A DNA stretch of 64,000 nt, from contig NW_027191402.1 of assembly GCF_041146345.1 (NCBI RefSeq), forward strand, positions 1,178,001-1,242,000, read 5' to 3'. Every line of letters starts with the position of its first letter. The stretch's first letter is position 1. This DNA comes from Neodothiora populina. Its lineage: Eukaryota. Below are positions 11,205 through 23,865 of this stretch, piece after piece. The notes beneath the pieces were generated by a model. That model made no database searches. It worked only from the letters and a program-made list of their open reading frames with translations, and was not told the DNA's origin. The translations under genes were made by a program, and so were the position numbers.

Positions 11205-13645
11205 CTAGAACCGGCTATCAAGTCCATGAGGGGTTGCGCGAAGACGCGGACCATGGCAAGAGACCATGTGATGCTTCAATCGTTCCTCGCCATTAAATAC
11301 GAACCCGCACTCAACGAATGGGCAAACATCTGAAGCTTTTAAGTGGGTGAGATGTTCCTTTTGCACGTGAGTCTGAAGTACATCCAGTCTGCAAAACATG
11401 AATGCTCGTGCGTGCTCAGTCAAACGTTTATCTGAGAAGCACCACGGACACTGTAACCCGTGACAGACATTAAGATCGTCTGCAGCTGCTTCAACGCTAG
11501 AGTCGTTCGGCGAGGTTTGATAGTGACGTATTTCTCGTCGCGTACAAAGACTGATCATAGCCCCAAGAGCGAGAAGTCGATCAGCGCGAACAACATTTTC
11601 CGACAGAGTGTTAACATCCTCGTTTCGAAATAATGTCTTCGCTAACTGTCTGCGTTCCGGAAATACTAGCGACGGGATTTCTGGTAAATGTTGTGGTTTC
11701 AATCCCTTTCGTTGTCTATCAATCTCGTTGCAGCCAATATTATCGAACCACTCTTTCCGTTGAGATCCTCGATGATCGCGAGCTATCTTCTTTCTTCGCG
11801 CTAGTATAGCGCGTTGTGTCTTCACATAGACTTTGTGTTCATCAGTCGTCTTCGCCTTTTTCAGACTACTGTACTTTGAGTGTATAACAAGCCGTAGTTC
11901 TTTCAGCGCTAATTCGAGCTTTTCGAGAGTCGCATCTGGGAGGTCCGGAGTGCTTGACATACATGATATTGCAGCATGTGCACGCGGATCTCTCGTCAGA
12001 CTCATGTGGCTCGCGAGTCGTACAATAGCGTCACGAGAGGGTGTACCAAGATAAGCGGAGGATAGATCAACTGTTATTGTTTGGTTGACATAGTATTTGT
12101 CAAATATCTCTGATCGCGAGTGCCCCATGGCACGGTTGCGCTCAGCTGCTGTGGCAAATTCTAAGATGTCACTCAGTATTGTCTCTAGAATTGCGAAGAT
12201 ATTACTTACTGTCAATCGCCTCCCCTGCTCCACGACGTAGGCTGTACAAGTTGAAATTTTCTTTAAAGCCTGCCGAATGTCCAAGGCGCACAGTGTGCAT
12301 GCTTGCAACTTCGTAAGGCAAGCCAGTATGTGGAGAGCATGCAGGTCCGTATGAGGTCCTGCAACTGTTGCGCAACAGCGGAATATCTCGCATCTCGTCT
12401 TTCCATTCCAGCGGAACACTCATAAGATACTCCGGAACTTGAATTTGATTAAGATCAGCGGGCGTCCGTAGCTAGTCACTTTTGAACGCCTGATCTGCGA
12501 AAGCAAGTGCAAGAACGTGCAGAATTGGACAAAAAGCAAGGTTGTCGTCCCTCTCGTAGAGTATATAACATGGTGCCGACCCTGCATGCCGAGTGCCCTT
12601 GTGTAATCGGAGCTTGATGATCATGACAATCATGGTCGACGATGGTCGAGCTGGATCTCGCACCTTGAAAATGCGAATATCTTTGTATTTCAAGGAGTCT
12701 CTCTTAGCATCAGCGTCTTTACTGGACACTTGGAAAGTGTCTGCTTTTTCGCCAAGCTCTTCAAATGGCCGTCTGTATGCTTCTATGATCGTAGATGGGC
12801 GTGCAGACGTATATGCACATAGGAGCATAAGTAGGGATTGCTGGAGGCGGTGTCGCTCAGTAGGATAGACGTCTACACATCGAACCCAATGATGATAGAG
12901 CAAGTAGAGAAGATCGTCGACGTTGACGACTGGTTATCTTTCTGATCCTCAGAAAGTTCAAATTCAGTACGGAGATCAGTCTGTATAAACTGCTCGAATT
13001 TAGTATTCGTTCTGTGCCATTATACTTCTACTTTCTTACGTTTGTCATCTCGGACGCAAGAGGTAGAGGCAAAGGACGGAGTGTTTTCAATCTGTACGCC
13101 TGACGCCAGAACCGCATGGACACAAACAATGTTGAGACTCGTTGTATGTTCGATGTATCAACAAACCAGTATATCCATCTCTTTATTCTTTCTTTATTTA
13201 GATTGTGAAGTTCTGCTTGGGGGTCAGGAACGCCCATCGCTTCGCAATACCTGGTAACGATTTAGCTTAACCCGTCTAATGGAGCAGATTATGTATACTT
13301 CTCCCAGCGTTTCCACATTCTAGCCACACTAAGCAAAGTCGCTGGTCGGAGGCGTATACGAGAGTCTGGATCATCATCGTGAAAGAGGCCGAGGTAGAAC
13401 TCTGGACCTCGTGACAAGTCTTTTTGCGGCTTCCTCGCCATTTCTTCGTAAGAGGTTTCGGGACTGCATTTGATTGAGGAGAACGAGGGCACGTTTTGGT
13501 TATAAGCCTGTTCGGTAGCATTGCTGCGGCATGAAATGCTGCCATGGAGGCATATGTGCATATCGTTGAGGAGAGAGGAGGACTTGTTTGACATCTCTAA
13601 CGCCCATCTCAGCCTATCAGAGATTTCTTGGCGCGAAGCGACCAT
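11205..13645 (-). pseudogene. DUF3435 tyrosine recombinase (Starship captain-like) with C-terminal C2H2 zinc fingers, disrupted
   Basis: Introns at 13251..13298, 12990..13039 and 12161..12209. Motifs YTSARPSTI, LRLHKG, FCPILHVLALAFADQAF, YSLRRG, RNRAMGHSRSEIFDKYY, LTRDPRA, CPWC..H and CPFVEC..H. One-base frameshift near 12933 and an in-frame TAG at 12472. Confidence 0.92.
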
Positions 13646-14505
13646 ATGGTCTGTTCAAACCTCAAATGAGGACAACACCATAAACCTCGACAAGACCTGC
13701 ATTATTAGGAGTCGCCTTCATCAAGACACTGCTTGATATCGTACTGCAGGATTTGCCAAAATTACTCGCCACTTGTGTGGTGCTATACACTGATTTAGAC
13801 AATTCGTTATCGGAGGGGCTGCATGATGCAGTGCGGTATAGAGTGAATATGGGCTGCTAGATTTTTCCAATTACCCTGCACTCTGATAAGAGAATCGTTC
13901 TTAATTTCTTTTTCCAAGGGATTGCAGTGATTTGTGGTAGCTCTAAGTACTGTGTCCTGCCGAGCGAGCGGGATGACCAATGAGTAGATCAATCTCATTG
14001 GTCCACTACAAGAGGCGCACTGCCACAGTAGAGAAGCATTTACCGTCCTGTAAACATGAAATTCCAAACAATACTTCAACGCACACAGCTTGCGCCATAT
14101 GCTCACGACTCCAGAGGTTGGAAATTGAGCATAGGCATTAGTTTCCTCATCAGCTAGGTTTGTATCTGATCGAGTGCTTCAAGAAAGCAGTACAGTAGGT
14201 AAACCATCTGTTCAAAAGTATCGGTAGTTTTCCTGGTATATCTGCGGAGACAACTTTTGAGGGGACCAATCAAAGGGGCCAGCGTTCGCTAGCTTCCACC
14301 GACAGTGTGGTTCACTTGAACATCAAAGGGCCGGGCCACTATAACAAATTAATCTTGCGCTCTTACTCAACGTATGATAAACCTCGCTGTCTGCAGAAAC
14401 TCTTGACGTCGTGCCATCACCCCTCACAATCGGTCGGCTCTACCCAGCTACCTACTACACAGTAACCGTTCAGAAATTACGATAAATCCCCTTGGCAGAG
14501 ATATC

Positions 14506-15642
14506 ATGGTGAGAAGCCCGGCATCCGTTTCGCAAGATGGTTTTCGAGGACGCCAAATGCACTTTGTGATAAACGGCCACCATTCTGAAGGTCATGCGTC
14601 TACTTCAAAGCTGATCAGATCGACTGCTGCACGAAATGAATGGAAAGATCCGAGACAGAGGAAGTTATCTGGATCGCAACCAAGCGTTCCACAAATCGTG
14701 ACGAGTCACAGCAGTATATCGTCTCAGCATAAGGGTAAAGCCACCCGTACCTACACTTTTCATGGTACTGGCTAATGCTGACAACGTTCATTAGCAACGT
14801 CTCTCAGAAGTAAACAAGCAAAATCAATACACATTGATGTCCCGTCTTCGTATATATCTAGCGCTGGGCAGCAACGAAGCAAACAAAACAAAGATCGCAG
14901 ATTGAACTTCCTCGAGACAGTACTCCTCGAAGAGTATCCTCTCTGGGCCGCAATGGGAAATGCTAGCGATCCGTTCAATAGGTATCCAGCACCATGGAAC
15001 CCCGCTTTTGGGACACTTTTGGAGTTCTGTGAGTATACATCTGTACATGATCTAGAATTTACATGTCCCACGTCAATCGATACTAATCTGGACTTTGTAG
15101 GGGTTACATACATCAGCCCTGGCTGCCCGAAAGAGATCAGTCATGGATGGGATAGTACGATGACGTCAGCATTTGCCAATGTGCCCCTCGTAGCAAGTGT
15201 CAACAGCAGTGAGCCCGCAGCTTTCTACTCGATCCTGGCGCTATCTGCAGTCATGTTACCTGACACACACCCTCTCGCACCCAGTCGATTGCCACGGCTA
15301 TCTCAAACCCTCCAGACCAAGGCACTGGCGACCTTAAACACCGCCCTGACCAAAGCTCAACAAGCCACTGGCAACTCCACCATTGTTGCCCTTGTCGCTC
15401 TTGCATGCTTGGCCATGTACTTTGGACAGCATGCTGCCGTCAGATCCATATATCTCCCACGGTTGAAGCGCATAGTCGAGGCGCGTGGAGGACTTGGTCA
15501 GATTGCGCGCGAAAGTGGTCTGATGCTGCCTCGCTGGTGCGCGTGGGGCGACTGCGTCTTGACTTCGCAAGCAGGTCGCTCGCCTCTGTTTCTCGACTTT
15601 GAAAATGCCAGCAAAGACTCAACTGGTTTGGACCATCACTGA
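14506..15642 (+). CDS. Fungal-specific transcription-factor-like protein (no Zn2Cys6 cluster seen), possibly 3'-truncated
   Basis: Exon 14506..14734, then intron 14735..14794 (GTAAAG..GCTGAC..TAG), joins the 14902 ORF in frame. Motifs LIRSTAAR, GNASDPFNRYP and L..IVEARGGL. Confidence 0.6.
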
Positions 15643-18600
15643 GGTCCACGAAACACACTCTGATGAGGTTTTATCTGGAACAGCCGTCGGGAGGAGGCTC
15701 AGCGCAATTTCAACACTTTGACCTTATCAATAGATGTCCATATTGCGAAGGCGAACTACAATCTATACGAACATCACTTCAGGTAGAATGAGCCTACATC
15801 AATCACCCGCAGCACTTACCAGCTGCACGACTACAAGCTGCCACTTCTAGGACTTCGGAAGGTACCCAAGATGGAGCCCAAGGCGATACGCGGGCATTGT
15901 TCGAGTCGAGACCAGATTGTTGCCTTGAGATGATTCATGACTAAAAGATGATTGACAGCTTGCAATCTAGCGTGTAATCCAGTAATCTATAAAGTCTTTG
16001 ACCTTCGATTCGTTCCACCATATGAACGCGTAGGTCTGCCCTTTCTACCACCCACTGATTCCCTTCCCCATGATCATGATCGTGCTCTGGTCATCCGACT
16101 GTGAGATCTGTCCTACCCATAGATGAGGATCTAGGCGGGACCAGGGGTAAGCTGATGCACTCCCAGTGCACCGTGTCCGGATGTGCAAACAGCCCCGTCA
16201 AATGTTCGAGGCAGGCTGATCAGGCTTCTTGACATATCACTCAGCCTGCTCTTGTTAGTCTATCAAATACCCACGCACTGGGTTGCTACGCACAACCGTC
16301 TCCCTTATCAAGATCCGCCAAAGCATCATCGAACCAACAAAAATATGGTCTCCCTCTGTACATGTTGAAGCCGAAGACAAGAGATAAAAGAAATGACTCC
16401 AGGACTTTTTGGAACTGGGTGAACGGTACTTCATTCATGAGACGCAGTCTGTATGCTTCGCTACCTCAGCGCTTGCGCTGCACGCACTTAGTCAGGTGCT
16501 CCCGGATCGAGATCACCATTACATATAAGTTCTCTGGACTAGATAACTAGACCCCCGCTAATACCCGTTGTCTGTTCAGTGGTCATATATTCCATGATTT
16601 CTGCGGTCCAGGTCTCGGTATCATATAGATGCATCTGCTCGGCTACGATACACAATATATGAGCTGTTGAGTATCTAGATTTAAATTGAGCTTGAGATGA
16701 TCACTTAGACTCTGCCATGCAAATCCAATTGAGTTTTGAGTTATAAAAATACCAAGCTCGGGAATGCAAGCATGGTTCGAGTCTATTGTGGGGGCAGCAC
16801 AGAACGAGTGCTTGATCTAGACTTCTCTAGACATGGCACGACTGAATACTCGAAGGATCACAAGATGTTTACTGATGGAACCAATACAAAGACAACTTTA
16901 GTCATCCATACTGAAGCTTTGACCATAGTCACATCGTCCGGTTGCTAGGTGATGGGCACATACAAGTTGTCCCCATTATCTTCGGAACTGCTTGAAATGC
17001 TTGCTCGCAATGAGAGTACTGCCTCGAAACTCAAAAGAGTATCTGAATTCGTTTCATTCGCACGTGTAACAGCACACGAAGTCAAGCCTCGTAAACAGGA
17101 TGTCGGATGTTGGACCCATAGCTCTTCTGTCCCTACTACTTATCTCAATTCTCATCGGGCCTCGTGACTGACTTCCATCCTTGGGAATGTGGCCCGTAGC
17201 ACTTGGGAGTAAGATTCGCCAACAGCGCTTCCACATCCGTAGCGGTGCTGATGCTTGCTTGAAACGCTGTGCAAGCTCGCTCATACTGATGTGGATGTCT
17301 TTATCAGCCGAGCGAAGACATCAGGTGCCACCTATCGTCCCGAGGGCTACCAATACTAGATCCCATACATCACTTCCTACTGGTTGGCTGCACTTTGTGG
17401 AAGAAACACCGAATTTGCTGCATGTCTGGAAACCGATGTGAAATATGTCAACTAGAAACGAGAGCCAGGTATTCGAGATATTGGTTCAGGGGCATGAGCA
17501 AGCTCACGTTGTGGCTTCACATACAATTTGCATAGTAGCGTAGGTAATAACAGCCCGAATCAGACAGCTGCATGGATTTGATCTCCTAGAACAATAGCAT
17601 TAGTATCGCACATCTCAACAATGACTGGCTTAAATGACGGGAATGGGAATATACAGCGTGGCCCCCCCATAGCGACTATTTCGAATACTCAACTCTGTGG
17701 AGAATCTTGGAAGGAGTAGTACTGCAGCCTATCCCAACGAGCGCTAACGGCAACTCTCATCACGCGTAATTGTTGGAAGTAGGCACTTAAGGTGCACACA
17801 TGGGGTCGGCTTTTAAAGAGCAATATCGAGTTATATCCTTACAAGTCTGTATCTCATGCGGAGTACAGTCGCCTTCCAAAACAAAGCGATCTCTCGTAAG
17901 GTGCTATTGCCTGTTACATAACTTGAGGTAAGGTATCTACTATCCAGCACGAGAGATTCATCTGGCCTCGGCATAATTTGTCATCTCTTGTTTGCACAAG
18001 AAGATGATGACGAGCTGTTAATAACGCCACTGATAATTACACTACCTACGTCTCAACTCAGCCATCTTATCAGCAATTCCGTCACAGAACGCCACCATTA
18101 TAGGACACTACTGCGAAATGATCAATATATGTCAGACAGTGGAATGTTGAAGTGTTCAGCCTGGAACAAATCATTTTATAACAAGTCATTCCAGAAATGA
18201 GAGGACTATGTGCTTAGACTATCAATGAAATCAGTTCAGATGCACTCACCGTCTAGTGAGGTAGCAGAACTGTCTTTCCTTCCTTCCTGAATTAATATGT
18301 GCAGGGCAATGTAGCAGCAAGTGCTTATCAATTGCCATGAAATACGTCCCAAACCTACTTTTTAGACCGGAGATTGAGCCAGACCCCTATGTGGACTGCA
18401 CTGCCTCGACCCTTTCGTTAGGCTGTTCTGCGGGACACGTCATGTTAATCCCCAGAATTCGGGATGCTTCGCTTGCTGTCGTGCAACCGGAGATATTGTA
18501 AAGGAATGCTGACCTTGCTGCAAGACTTCGACGCTATTTGCTGCTGTTCATATCAACAAAGATTGGGCAGGCTTAGCCCAAATTCGATTTGCCAGAGTAG

Positions 18601-19006
18601 ATGTTCATTCTACCAATTGGAAGACCTTAAGCATGCCAAGTTTACAACCAGGCGTCCATACATAGATAGCTATGTTGCTAAAGAAGATTACTTTGTACCC
18701 ATATTACCGCGATACATATGCACGTGCGCTGAAGCGAGCCACTGTACAACACATATGGCAGGAAACAGCATTATTACGCGTCTCATCATGAGGCTACGGT
18801 ATCACGTCATGGGATGATTTGCGTGCGCAGACCTGATCTCGCTCGACCGTTAAGTTCCTGGGTTTCCCCTATGATCGAACACGACGCAGGCAAGAAAGCG
18901 GTGTATCCAAATCTCAAGCCTCGTCAAGTTCTACTTCTAGGTGCAAAGACGCAGTCAGGGCCAGAGGTGTGTTGCTGTCTGATAGTGACAGACCAAAGAT
19001 AAACCA

Positions 19007-20838
19007 TTGTCTGAAGAACCGAATTCACCAGCATCTACGCCCTTGGCATCTCCACTGCCTGGGAAGAAGCGATCCGTACCATCAGACGTCAAAATTTCAG
19101 CAGAAGGATCAAGGCACCTGGAGATTCTCGATACAAAGCCCACACCGCCTCCAATGGCCAGCAAGGTCCAGCGCGCGCACACGCAACCCGATCATAATCC
19201 CGATACTCCGATGTCAGAGGCTTTTCCAGACACATCGGTGCAAGGGCTTGTTTCAGAAGACTTGGTCATACCGGACTCACCATCGGTCACCAGCAAACAA
19301 TTGGAGGGTGAGATAGCGATGATCTACAAAGACCTACTTGCTGTGGAGGCCATGTGCATCAGCTTCTATAAAGCGGAGCTTACGAGTGATAGCAGTAGTG
19401 GTATGCCTCAAGATCGCGAGAAATGGCAAAAATCGATGGCCCTACACCGAAGTCTGTTATACCAATACCATGATTTTCTCTATGTATCGCAATATCCTGC
19501 AGCGACCGAAGATCTTAGGGGATTGGCTCTGAGATATGCTTTGCCAGCTCGTATGTGGCATCGCGGGATACTTCCGTTTCTAGAGGTGCTGTATCGACGC
19601 CTTCCAGATTCGACGGACTACTTGCTTCAATTCAATTGCATGGCATATCAGATGATTGCTCTGCTGTACGAAACATCCTTGGCCTTCAAATTAACATAGA
19701 TGGAGTGCTTGGGGAACCTGGCACAGTTCAGAATGACTATAAAGGATGGTGTTCAAGACGATAGCGATATCTGGGCAGAGGTGGCTCGGTCATGGTACTA
19801 CTCAGCAGCGTCCGACATGAGACCGGACACAGGTCGATTGTATCACCACCTCGGCAATCTAGCCAGATCAAACGCGGTAGAAAAACTTTCACTCTTTTGC
19901 AGATCTCTAGTCTGCGTCACGCCATTCCAGAAAGCCCGCAATTCTCTCTGGGAGCTTTTAGAATCTACTCCCGACGTTGGGCAATCTGGATGCTCTTTGC
20001 GCAGTGTCCATGGACTAGACGCATCATTCCTTCGTATTCATGCTGCAATGGTTGCAAAGCTTGCTGGGAAATCCAACAGCCTGGGTTTGTCAGCGAATGA
20101 AGAGGAGAGCCAGAGAACATACGTTTCTGGGCTTGCCGAACAAATTGACAACCTTGGAGAGGAGTGGAAGAAGCATGGTGTGTTCCTCGCCACTGCTATG
20201 ATAGCAGCATGTCTTGACTATAGCTATGAAGGGACTGGAAACCCCCTTTTGGTCGCTTTAGCATGTCCGCCAGGTACTTCGAGTAGTGCAAATGCCACTC
20301 GGAGAACAGACGACAACTGGTGTGGGTCATTGCGAGCTACGCGCCTACTTCTCTCGGTCTTTACCGTAGTTCTTGGTCGTAAGCCGACTTCACGGTTCTA
20401 CTTCATGTCCACGTAGTCCTTGTCTTCATCCGCAGCGTCGCATCGCTGTCCAACAGTTCGACACCATGTCTGCGCACATTCCTTGATCTTGTTCCATGGA
20501 CTGAGATTGAAGCGTTTCTCAATAGCTTTGCTCAGCCCAAACCATTACTGAAGCATCACCTGGATATTACTCATCTCAAAACGATGGAGCGTAGCTCCTG
20601 TCCACTATTTGAAGATCACTCGCTGAGAGGAGCTGCCTGGGCTGGCAATCATCCTGCTGAGGAATGGTTTGGCAACCCATCAGACGATACTCCAGGAGCA
20701 TTTGAGACGGCGAGTATCAACCACACAAGACTACAGAGGGTCCTGTATTTGTTTGACTCAATATCCGAGGCTAGTGGTCTTATTATTGTTCTTCACCCCA
20801 ACGACATCCCGCGACATAGTGAGAAGGGTGCATATTGA
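19007..20838 (+). pseudogene. Est1/Ebs1/SMG6-like TPR-type DNA/RNA-binding protein
   Basis: LHRSLLYQYHDFL...PARMW..GI..FLE...T*MECLGNLAQFRM...ARSWY...GRLYHHLG...PLFEDHSLRG..W. TAG at 19697 where W is expected, and a frameshift near 20384. Confidence 0.85.
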
Positions 20839-22900
20839 TCCTTGCAGCTTCCGATGGAGGAGAAGCTAATTCCATGGACATCGAGTAGATTCGCCTATTT
20901 GACCCTGGGCAGCTGGCGAAATTGAGATACATACTGCTCGGATGAATGTAGAGTCCGTTCGAGAAGACTCCTTTTTGAAATGTCGAAAATCACCGAACAG
21001 CCTTTGCCAGGATACCGCAAGGAATGATTTGGCCAAAACGTTACGACATATATCTATTGCATCACATTTCTGCTCCTGGGTTGATCCCATGAGCCTTTGG
21101 CATGTGAATGGTATATCATCATACCTAGGTATAGGTAGCATTTTCTACACGCTCTAGTTGAGAGTAGCTACACAATCTATCAACATCATCACTCTGAAAT
21201 AACAAGACCATCCATACTAGTCGCAACCTCACAGGATATGTAGCGCCTCTTTTGACAAGTGGGTCGATGAATGTCATCTGCCAATCAACCATGAGCAGTC
21301 ACAATCTCGTCGTCGAGGGTGTATCTAATAGGAAGATATTGATAATGCATCATTTATCTGACTTCATTCTCCAGCAAGATCGCCAGAACAAGCAACAAAA
21401 AACCTGTCCCCCCCCCAACCTTCTCGTGCTGCCATTCTCAAACCCACGACCAGTCCCTCGGCCCTGGTCCTTCGCATTCACTAGTCCCACTTAGTCAGTC
21501 AAAGACCTGACACCGTGTATAGAAAGTCGAGTGTCGAGTGTCAACGACGAGACCAGAAAATTCAGGATTGGAGAAGAATGTACAGCCGAGGGCCGGTGTA
21601 GGTCAGGATACGCCACGAAGGCACTCTAGACCCAGTGGCGATCAGTGTAGTGATTCTTGGTATTGGCAACGGCACAGAAGTATCTCTGGGCTTGGTTGCA
21701 TCCCTACTTCAAGCTCTAGAATATAGTTCCAGCGATTAATGTAAGCAGCGTTTTTCGGATGAATAGACCCGCCGATGTACTATTCAAACAATTTCAGGAG
21801 GCAGGCAAGGCTATTAGTTGTCACGAAGTAGGCAATTCGATCTCGAATCCCACATATTAAGCATTACTGATGTCATGAAGGGTATAATTACTTGGTTCAG
21901 AAAGTGTGCTCTCTAGGAGCGGTATAAATAACCTTCCAAGATCTAACAGTTCTGGTTGAATGCTTCACAGGCATAATCACGCTCTGCCAGCGCTATGGCA
22001 TCTTTTAGTTTACGTCCAGCTTGCTTGTGCGAAGAATACACTGGAAGACCCATGGTTGGAAGGTGAAATATTTTGAACAAGAATCCTTTGCAAAGACAGA
22101 ATCAAGAAGGGTCAGGCAGAGGGTAATTGCACAGAAGGCGAATTAAGGCAAAGTGATATGACAAGATAGTCAGTCTTTGAGTAGGTAAGGTAGCAACGTC
22201 ATCAGCTATCACGTCGTTGCGCAGCTTGATTTTACAAAGTTGATCCCTACTAGCCCAGCTCTATAGCGAGGCCACTAGTCATCAATCCTGCGATTGACTG
22301 TGCCCAGAAGCGCTGACGTGAGGCAAGAGATTACGATAACTGCGAAGATGTGACAGATACTTGGCCAAGGAGAGCACATCACCACATCTACCACGACAAA
22401 GGCGGAGAGCGTTGTAGCGACTCTACTTCGGCTAGAGCTTGAGCTACAGTATCTCATGTTACCGTAAGACTCTGCTTCTACCATCGAGCATAGAGAGAAG
22501 GGCACGAATGATACGCGAAGATACGGCGTCACTACCGAACATCATGCTCCTTTCGCAAGAAATGTATGACTGACAGCGTTGATGACCTTGATACTATAGA
22601 GATTGAAACATCCCCTGGCTATTCTCCACAGTAAGCGCGCTCCCCAGCCACCTTGTCAGTAGCATATACTGTATTCTACTAGCGGGAAGTAGGAAGTAGG
22701 TCTTCGCTAGGCCAACAGGTCCAAGAAACGCAGAACCGCCGAATGAAAGGGTGGAATATGATTCTCGTAAGCACTGACTTTACAGCCCTCGATTGGGGGT
22801 CCTTTCATGATAGGCTTTGTCTTCCGGTAAGAAACAAATGGGGTACGCTGGCAACCCTGCCGTCCCAGCATTGTTGTACAGTTTCCACTCATATGACTCG

Positions 22901-23865
22901 TCATCTCGAGTGTACTTCGACGATAGCTTGTAGAGGCTTTTGGGAGACGAACCTGCCATGTGGGTTGAGATCGTCGTTAAGTTCGTCAGCTATAGCGGAT
23001 ATAGCACTCTCTCGATCATCGCTGATCATAATGGGAGACGTATGCGCACTACCTGCTTTGTTTTCGATGTATGCCTTCTTGTCGTTGTCACTCAGTGGAT
23101 GAACCGAGGTCGCGACAGTCAGGATTCGTGAACAGACAGTCTTGACTGAGGTGGCGATAGAACCGCCAAATTCCGCAACTCTGTATTCATCGTCAGGGTT
23201 TGCCAAGCGCTTCCGCCTACAACTCAGCTCCGGAAAGGCGCTCCTGATGTCATACAACATGCTGTCCTCCTCTTGCTGGTTCACTTCGTAAAAGTGCAGC
23301 CCATACGTGACACGTGAGTAAGGGAAGGTGGTGAAGATGATACGCCCGCCATCGGCGAGCAAGTCGCGGGCCCATGAACTAACGAGAGCAACTTGCTCTT
23401 GCTGTGGTAATAAATGCAGGAACCACTGACAAATAATAACAGAGAATCCGGCGGGCGAGCGCGCATCGCGGATGGAATGGAGGCTGTCGAGGTCCTTGAT
23501 GTCTGCGACATGAAGCATGTGCTCCATCTCATCGGAAGACTTGCCTGTTGTCTCCAGTCGACTGCAAATCTGTAGTCAGTCGATGAACAGGGAATCATAG
23601 AGGTATTGCAAGCTTACAGACGATGATAGTAGATGACATCCTTATCATTGTCGATAGCAGTGTAGCTAATCGTTGGAAATTCTTGCATGATCCTCATCCC
23701 TAGAAAGCCGAAACCGCTTGCAAGCTCGAGCAAGGTGTCGTCTGGTTGCAGCGCTGCGCATTTCAGAAGTGCGCTGTTGTTGTCATCGTCAATCACATGT
23801 GTAGCATTCTCAACAATGTAATCAGAAGCTTTCACTCTGACCTTGGCCTCCCAATCGCTCGACAT
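22901..23865 (-). pseudogene. Class I SAM-dependent methyltransferase-like gene, probably frameshifted
   Basis: LLELASGFGFLG...YTAID motif I. Intron near 23570-23616 (GTAAGC..ACTGAC..CAG). The downstream HVADI and LLADGGRIIF motifs are in a different frame from the spliced product. Confidence 0.6.

Larger units (their letters stand above)
1..13645 (-). mobile_element. Probable Starship-like giant transposon relic (captain plus downstream cargo); true termini not identified
   Basis: Captain-type DUF3435 followed in its transcriptional direction by kinase, PLP, deaminase and Spok-like genes. PLP and Spok are known Starship cargo classes. Confidence 0.6.

Noticed and set aside
14191..14202. TTAC-N7-A match on the minus strand about 550 bp upstream of the captain, as a candidate Starship terminus
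   Set aside because: Only five specified bases, so it is expected by chance in this span. No partner repeat is available in the window.
15700..18900. Many short ORFs, also at 26.7-31 kb
   Set aside because: No coherent frame or motif. Probably heavily eroded gene debris that cannot be called by eye.
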